A stretch of 64,000 bases of DNA, from contig CAVZQN010000004.1 in the NCBI GenBank assembly GCA_963777505.1, positions 64,001 to 128,000 on the forward strand, read 5' to 3'. This DNA is from an uncultured bacterium. GTDB lineage: Bacteria; Acidobacteriota; HRBIN11; JAKEFK01. Position 1 is the first letter of the stretch, and the number at the start of each line of letters is the position of its first letter. Of the stretch, positions 59,415-64,000 are shown in pieces. Both the position numbers and the translations under genes were made by a program. The notes beneath the pieces are model-generated. The model was not told the DNA's origin. It made no database searches and saw nothing but the letters and a program-made list of their open reading frames with translations.

Positions 59415-62000
59415 TTATTCCGCACGCATTGCGGATGCAGGATTCACATGAATTGCACGAAGTGCAGGTAACAAGATGCCTGCAAAAGCCATTAAAATTG
59501 TTAGGCCGATTGAAGCGAGAAATGTCACAAGATCGCCTGGCTTAATTCCCACAAGCAGTCCTTCCATAATGCGGGCAGCAATGTAACCAAGCCCTGCTCC
59601 CGCAATAACACCAACTGCAACAAGCCAGACACCTTCACGTAAAACCATGCCGAGAATTTGTGTCGGACGCGCTCCTACGGCCATTCTTACCGCGATCTCC
59701 TGACTTCGTTGTGCGACTGAAAATGAAAGCAAACCATGAATTCCAACCGCTGCCAGAAGAAATGCAGCCGCTGCAAAAGCACCCAGAGCATACACTTGAG
59801 TCTGACGTGAAGAAGTATCTGAACTTACAATGTCTTCCAAAGTCCGGATGTCAGAGATTGGCTGTTCTGAATCAACTCTTTGAATGATCTGACGCACAGA
59901 AGCTACAAGAGCTAGCGGATCCTGGGAAGTTTTGATGACAAGATCTTTTGGAATATATCCGATGATGGAGTCATCCGGAACTTGCTGATAGGAAAGATAC
60001 GCTTGCGGTTCACTTTGTCTTTCGTGACCGCGCGTTTTGATGTCGCCAACGACTCCAACAATTGTTCGTTCCTCGAATACAAACTTAAATCTCTTCCCTA
60101 ATGGATCCTGGTTCGGCCAATACTTTTCTACAAACGATTTGCTTACAACGGCAACTGGAAGTGAATCGCGCGTATCCGATTCACGAATGTCGCGGCCCGA
60201 TTGAAAAGGGATCTGAAGAGTCTGAAAGAATCCTGGTGTTACATAACGCATACTTGCATTGTCCGGGTCCTCAGGATCCTTTGGATGTTCTGGAACAACT
60301 ACGGGCCAAATGCCGCCCCCCATGACCATGGGTAGGAAACTGATATAGGCCGCCTGCTTTACACCGGGCAATTCGCGGACTTCTGATAAAACTCGGGAAT
60401 AGTATTGCACTCGCGTTGCGGTATTTTTGTATTTAGGGAGTGGCAATGCCGTACTCAGCGTTAAAACATTTTGTGCCTCAAATCCTGGATCGACTTGTTG
60501 TACCCGCCAGAGCGCGCGAATCATTAACCCGGCTCCAACGAGCAATACTACAGAAATAGTAACCTCTGCAATGACAAGAACGGAACGGAGCCGTTCTCGG
60601 TGACCACCGACTCCACTGCGCGACCCTTCGCGCAATGCGCTAGCATGATCATCTTCGCGCGCACGTAAAGAAGGAACAATGCCGAAAGTAATTGCTGTGA
60701 TCACCGTTAGAATCAATGCGAAGATCATTACACGTAAATCGATAGTAGGCTCACCGATCGGTAACGTTTGTGGAACGAGTTTGGTGAGAAGAGGAAGTAC
60801 GATATTTGCAGCGAGTACACCAAGAATGCCTCCGATTATCGAAAGGGCCATACTTTCGGTGAGCATCTGCCGGACGATTCTTTCTTTACCTGCGCCTAAC
60901 GAAGATCTTACGGCAATTTCTTTTTGACGAATCAGCCCACGTGCCAACAACAAATTTGCAAGATTTGAACATGCAATCAAAAGAACACAAATAGCGGCGC
61001 CGAACAAAACTTTGATCAGCAATCGCGACCGGTTAGAGAGTTGATCTCGCAAACGATTGACTGTAACGCCTGTCCGCTCGTTTTCTTTCGGATATTCCTT
61101 TTCAAGCCGGGCAGCGATGACACTCATTTCCTCCCGTGCTTTTTCTAACGAAACATCTGGTTTCAATCTGGCGATTACATGCCAGAAATGATTGTTACGA
61201 TCTTCTAAGTCGTCTGACGAAAGCCTCATCGTTGTCCAGATTGCTGCTGTCGTATTTGGAAAATGGAAATCTTTTGGCATGACTCCAACAATGACGTAAG
61301 GTTCGTTGTTTAATCGAACCGTCATACCAATTACGCGTGGATCTCCTGCGAAGTTTGATTGCCAAAGGCCATAGCTAATCAGTAACTCTGTCAATGATTC
61401 CGGTAAATCTTCTTTTGAAGAAAATAGCCGGCCTAATACAGGTTGTACACGCAACAAATGGAACAGATTGGCTGTGATTGCTAAGCCATCCAATCGCTGT
61501 GGTTGTCCGCTCCCTGTCAGATTCGCTGATAAAAAATGGTAAGCGCCAATATTTTCAAATGAAGTGCTCGCGCTTTTCCAGTCACGGTAGTTCGGTGGCG
61601 AAGGTTCCAATTGTGCATATCCTGGTGGGCTTTCCCAGAGTTGCACGAGACGATCTGATTCTGGAAATGGTAAAGCTCGAATCAACACATGATCCGTTAA
61701 TGTGAAGACCGCAGTCGTAACTCCAATTCCTAAACCGGCCAGCAAAATAGCTGTGAATGCAAATCCAGGAGAACGCCATAGCGTTCGAGCTGTATAACGT
61801 AAATCTTGTCTCAAAATGTCAAAGTGAACACGAATTGCATTTACAACTGTGTCAAAAAAAGCTTCCAGCCAGATCCACAACAATTCAAAAATGTTCGAAG
61901 CATTCCGTTTATTTTGAAGGAATACTTGTTCCATTTCGCCGGCATATTCCAGACGAAAGGATTTAGGATAAAGATGAAGCAAGATTCTATAAAGCCACAT
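59415..62000 (-). CDS. ADOP-type duplicated ABC permease (MacB/FtsX-like)
   Basis: QDLRY..R.L.RSPGF, LLIACSNLANLLLAR, R..EIAVR.A.GA twice, P..AMRAE. Confidence 0.92.
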   Translation of the reverse strand: MWLYRILLHLYPKSFRLEYAGEMEQVFLQNKRNASNIFELLWIWLEAFFDTVVNAIRVHFDILRQDLRYTARTLWRSPGFAFTAILLAGLGIGVTTAVFTLTDHVLIRALPFPESDRLVQLWESPPGYAQLEPSPPNYRDWKSASTSFENIGAYHFLSANLTGSGQPQRLDGLAITANLFHLLRVQPVLGRLFSSKEDLPESLTELLISYGLWQSNFAGDPRVIGMTVRLNNEPYVIVGVMPKDFHFPNTTAAIWTTMRLSSDDLEDRNNHFWHVIARLKPDVSLEKAREEMSVIAARLEKEYPKENERTGVTVNRLRDQLSNRSRLLIKVLFGAAICVLLIACSNLANLLLARGLIRQKEIAVRSSLGAGKERIVRQMLTESMALSIIGGILGVLAANIVLPLLTKLVPQTLPIGEPTIDLRVMIFALILTVITAITFGIVPSLRAREDDHASALREGSRSGVGGHRERLRSVLVIAEVTISVVLLVGAGLMIRALWRVQQVDPGFEAQNVLTLSTALPLPKYKNTATRVQYYSRVLSEVRELPGVKQAAYISFLPMVMGGGIWPVVVPEHPKDPEDPDNASMRYVTPGFFQTLQIPFQSGRDIRESDTRDSLPVAVVSKSFVEKYWPNQDPLGKRFKFVFEERTIVGVVGDIKTRGHERQSEPQAYLSYQQVPDDSIIGYIPKDLVIKTSQDPLALVASVRQIIQRVDSEQPISDIRTLEDIVSSDTSSRQTQVYALGAFAAAAFLLAAVGIHGLLSFSVAQRSQEIAVRMAVGARPTQILGMVLREGVWLVAVGVIAGAGLGYIAARIMEGLLVGIKPGDLVTFLASIGLTILMAFAGILLPALRAIHVNPASAMRAE

Positions 62001-62353
62001 TATGTTCTCCGGGGTACAAAGCCGCTTGCCCGCGCAAGCCGGACAAGTTCCATCAGTCGACGTGCTTCTGCGCGAGCAACTGATTTTCCAAGCGGTGTAA
62101 TGCGGTAATAACGCCGGCGTTCATCATCCGCTTCTGGTTCAGGACGCTCGCGTGGTTCACTGACTAATCCTTGTTCCAACATTCGTTGAATCGAACGATA
62201 GAGCGTTCCAGCGCTTAGCTTTAAATCGTCATTCGTGCGGTGTGCAACATCCTGAATAATTGCATAGCCATGACGGTCTTCTTCCGCAAGCGACATCAAA
62301 ATATGGAACGTGGCAGAAGGTAGGGGAATAAATGAATCAATGTCTTCTTTCAT
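62000..62353 (-). CDS. PadR-family transcriptional regulator
   Basis: HGYAI, GTLYRSIQRM, RRRYYRITPLG; coupled to the ADOP gene. Confidence 0.92.
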   Translation of the reverse strand: MKEDIDSFIPLPSATFHILMSLAEEDRHGYAIIQDVAHRTNDDLKLSAGTLYRSIQRMLEQGLVSEPRERPEPEADDERRRYYRITPLGKSVARAEARRLMELVRLARASGFVPRRT

Positions 62354-62359
62354 GCCACC

Positions 62360-62389
62360 AGACTATATCCACTCTGGATATATTGTCAA
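62360..62389 (-). promoter_or_regulatory. padR promoter with operator palindrome TATATCCA-CTC-TGGATATA
   Basis: TTGACA at 62384-62389; -10 TATAGT/TAGTCT 6-8 nt before ATG; perfect 8-bp IR at 62364-62382. Confidence 0.7.
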
Positions 62390-62410
62390 TGGTTATAGTT
62401 AAGATTGGAA

Positions 62411-62863
62411 TTACGGATTGTCGTAGGAAAAAAGAACGGCAACTATTTTCCAGCCGTCGGTTCCTTCAACAAGATGCAGCCCTAATTTTCCAGGACGTTC
62501 TTCCCCTTCATCGATAAAAACATAGTTGGCAACAACGCGAGCAATTCGTCTGCCTTCGAACAATTGGACATTTTCCAGCCGCTCACTGATTGATTTGCGC
62601 TTTTCGAAGTAATCCTTTTGCCGCTGAAAAAACTCTTCAAGGTTTCGAACGTTCACGCCGCCATTATCTGCAGGAAAGACAACAGTTACAGATGAATGGA
62701 AGAGCTTTTTCCATTCATCCAGTGTTTCCTTCTGGTAAAGCCCAACGTAATCTTTGATAACTTTGTCCAGGTTTTTGCGGGATTCTGCTGAATTCCTTTC
62801 TTCCGCAACTGCAACACATGCGATCAACATCATTAAGAACATCATTACAAGTTTGCGATTCAT
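62411..62863 (-). CDS. Secreted NTF2/SnoaL-like protein
   Basis: Signal peptide; ..Y..LF....; L....DGWKIV C-terminal strand. Confidence 0.65.
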   Translation of the reverse strand: MNRKLVMMFLMMLIACVAVAEERNSAESRKNLDKVIKDYVGLYQKETLDEWKKLFHSSVTVVFPADNGGVNVRNLEEFFQRQKDYFEKRKSISERLENVQLFEGRRIARVVANYVFIDEGEERPGKLGLHLVEGTDGWKIVAVLFSYDNP

Positions 62864-62876
62864 GACACCTCCCTTT

Positions 62877-63992
62877 TTACACCGCCTCTCTTTTCAGAAC
62901 AATCGTCAAATGATGCGCGACGATTACGACAATTGTCCCCAGTACAACGGTAAGTATCTTTAGCGGCACTTCAACGTTAAACAGATATGGAAAATACGCG
63001 AGAAACGAACAAAAAATTACAGCAATTGGCACGAAGAAAAATTTTGGGAAATAGAAAGCATACAGAATCGAAAAAACATCAGCCGGATAAAAATAGCGCT
63101 CATGCATTTTTGGCAAAAAGTAAGGAACGATTAAAACAAATGCGAATGCCGATTGAATAATCAAATTTTGATCCATTTGTTGAGAACTCTTGAAATAGCC
63201 AACAATCATCACAAAAATAATCGAAGCTGCAAAAATTAATCCTGCTGGAAACAAAATTGAATATGCACTGTCTGGAAACCATTCAAAAAAATTCGGAGCG
63301 CTTTTTGATAATTCATGATAATTCGACGATTGATTCATGTAAGTGAATAGCAGCTCGTAAAAGTTTCTACCAGCAATCCATGAGGGAATAAGCGCCGCAA
63401 TAAAAATGCAAGGGACAAGCAATAATGGTTTCCATGAAAGGCGTTTCTTTATCAGAAAAACCAAAAGCAATGGCGCGAAAAAAATCGCCTGTGCTTTGAC
63501 TACAAGCGCAAAGCTAAAGGCAGCTAATGCACGCCATTGTTTGTTTGTACAAATCCAGTAAAGGCATGCCGCTAAGCCTGCTGTATAAATTGCATCGGCC
63601 TGACCCCAGCACGCGCTGTTCAGAAATACAGTAGGGGCAAAAAGTATTGCAAAGAAACTGAAGACTGCTGTGATTGATCCCGGATATTTTAGACTTACCA
63701 GCTTGTAAACGAACCATCCCAGAATCAAATCAAAGACTACCGAGATCAATTTGATTGCGACAATCTTCGGCAGAAATGGAAAAATATAAATAACAACTGC
63801 CATCATATATAGATAAGGTGGGTTGTAATTCGAAAAATTATGCGCAAAAGCACCAAAGCCATGTTCTGCAATAAAGTCGTACCAACCGCTAAGAAACCCT
63901 GTGTAATCACGCGATTCGTAGGGAAAAAGTGAGTATCGCAGCGCAAGCGCCAGAATAGTTCCGGCTGCGAGAATCAATCGGTTCTTTTTCAT
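62877..63992 (-). CDS. GT-C/GT87-like polytopic membrane glycosyltransferase
   Basis: DY..FL..WY, NYNPPYLY, NSA.WGQ.D, K.Q, LPKMHERYFY. Confidence 0.7.
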   Translation of the reverse strand: MKKNRLILAAGTILALALRYSLFPYESRDYTGFLSGWYDFIAEHGFGAFAHNFSNYNPPYLYMMAVVIYIFPFLPKIVAIKLISVVFDLILGWFVYKLVSLKYPGSITAVFSFFAILFAPTVFLNSACWGQADAIYTAGLAACLYWICTNKQWRALAAFSFALVVKAQAIFFAPLLLVFLIKKRLSWKPLLLVPCIFIAALIPSWIAGRNFYELLFTYMNQSSNYHELSKSAPNFFEWFPDSAYSILFPAGLIFAASIIFVMIVGYFKSSQQMDQNLIIQSAFAFVLIVPYFLPKMHERYFYPADVFSILYAFYFPKFFFVPIAVIFCSFLAYFPYLFNVEVPLKILTVVLGTIVVIVAHHLTIVLKREAV

Positions 63993-64000
63993 CTGAAATA

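Overview
Bacterial chromosomal window, about 43% GC by eye, probably Acidobacteriota: it carries an ADOP-type duplicated permease with PadR, a Ser/Thr kinase-TolB fusion and a VPS10/BNR hydrolase. Positions 1-19.6 kb form an extended phosphate island: DUF47 (partial), phoR-phoB-phoU, a PP2C phosphatase, pstSCAB with enlarged PstC/PstA, two OprO/P-type porins, GAF-PP2C, ppx and sixA. Five promoters in it share an 11-bp-periodic Pho-box-like architecture with identical spacing. A complete 16S rRNA gene (about 24077-25636) stands alone, with its own promoters, processing stem and terminator but no tRNA or 23S. Downstream lie three copies of a terminator-like UCCU-rich element that delimit small gene cassettes, plus candidate small RNAs. 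The rest is accessory metabolic, envelope and signalling genes interspersed with several REP/MITE-like repeat families. Several single-base insertions (mscS, mttB 5' end, VPS10 hydrolase, two 16S helices) look like long-read assembly errors. No CRISPR, integrase, transposase or reverse transcriptase was seen. All family calls come from motif recognition by eye, not database searches.
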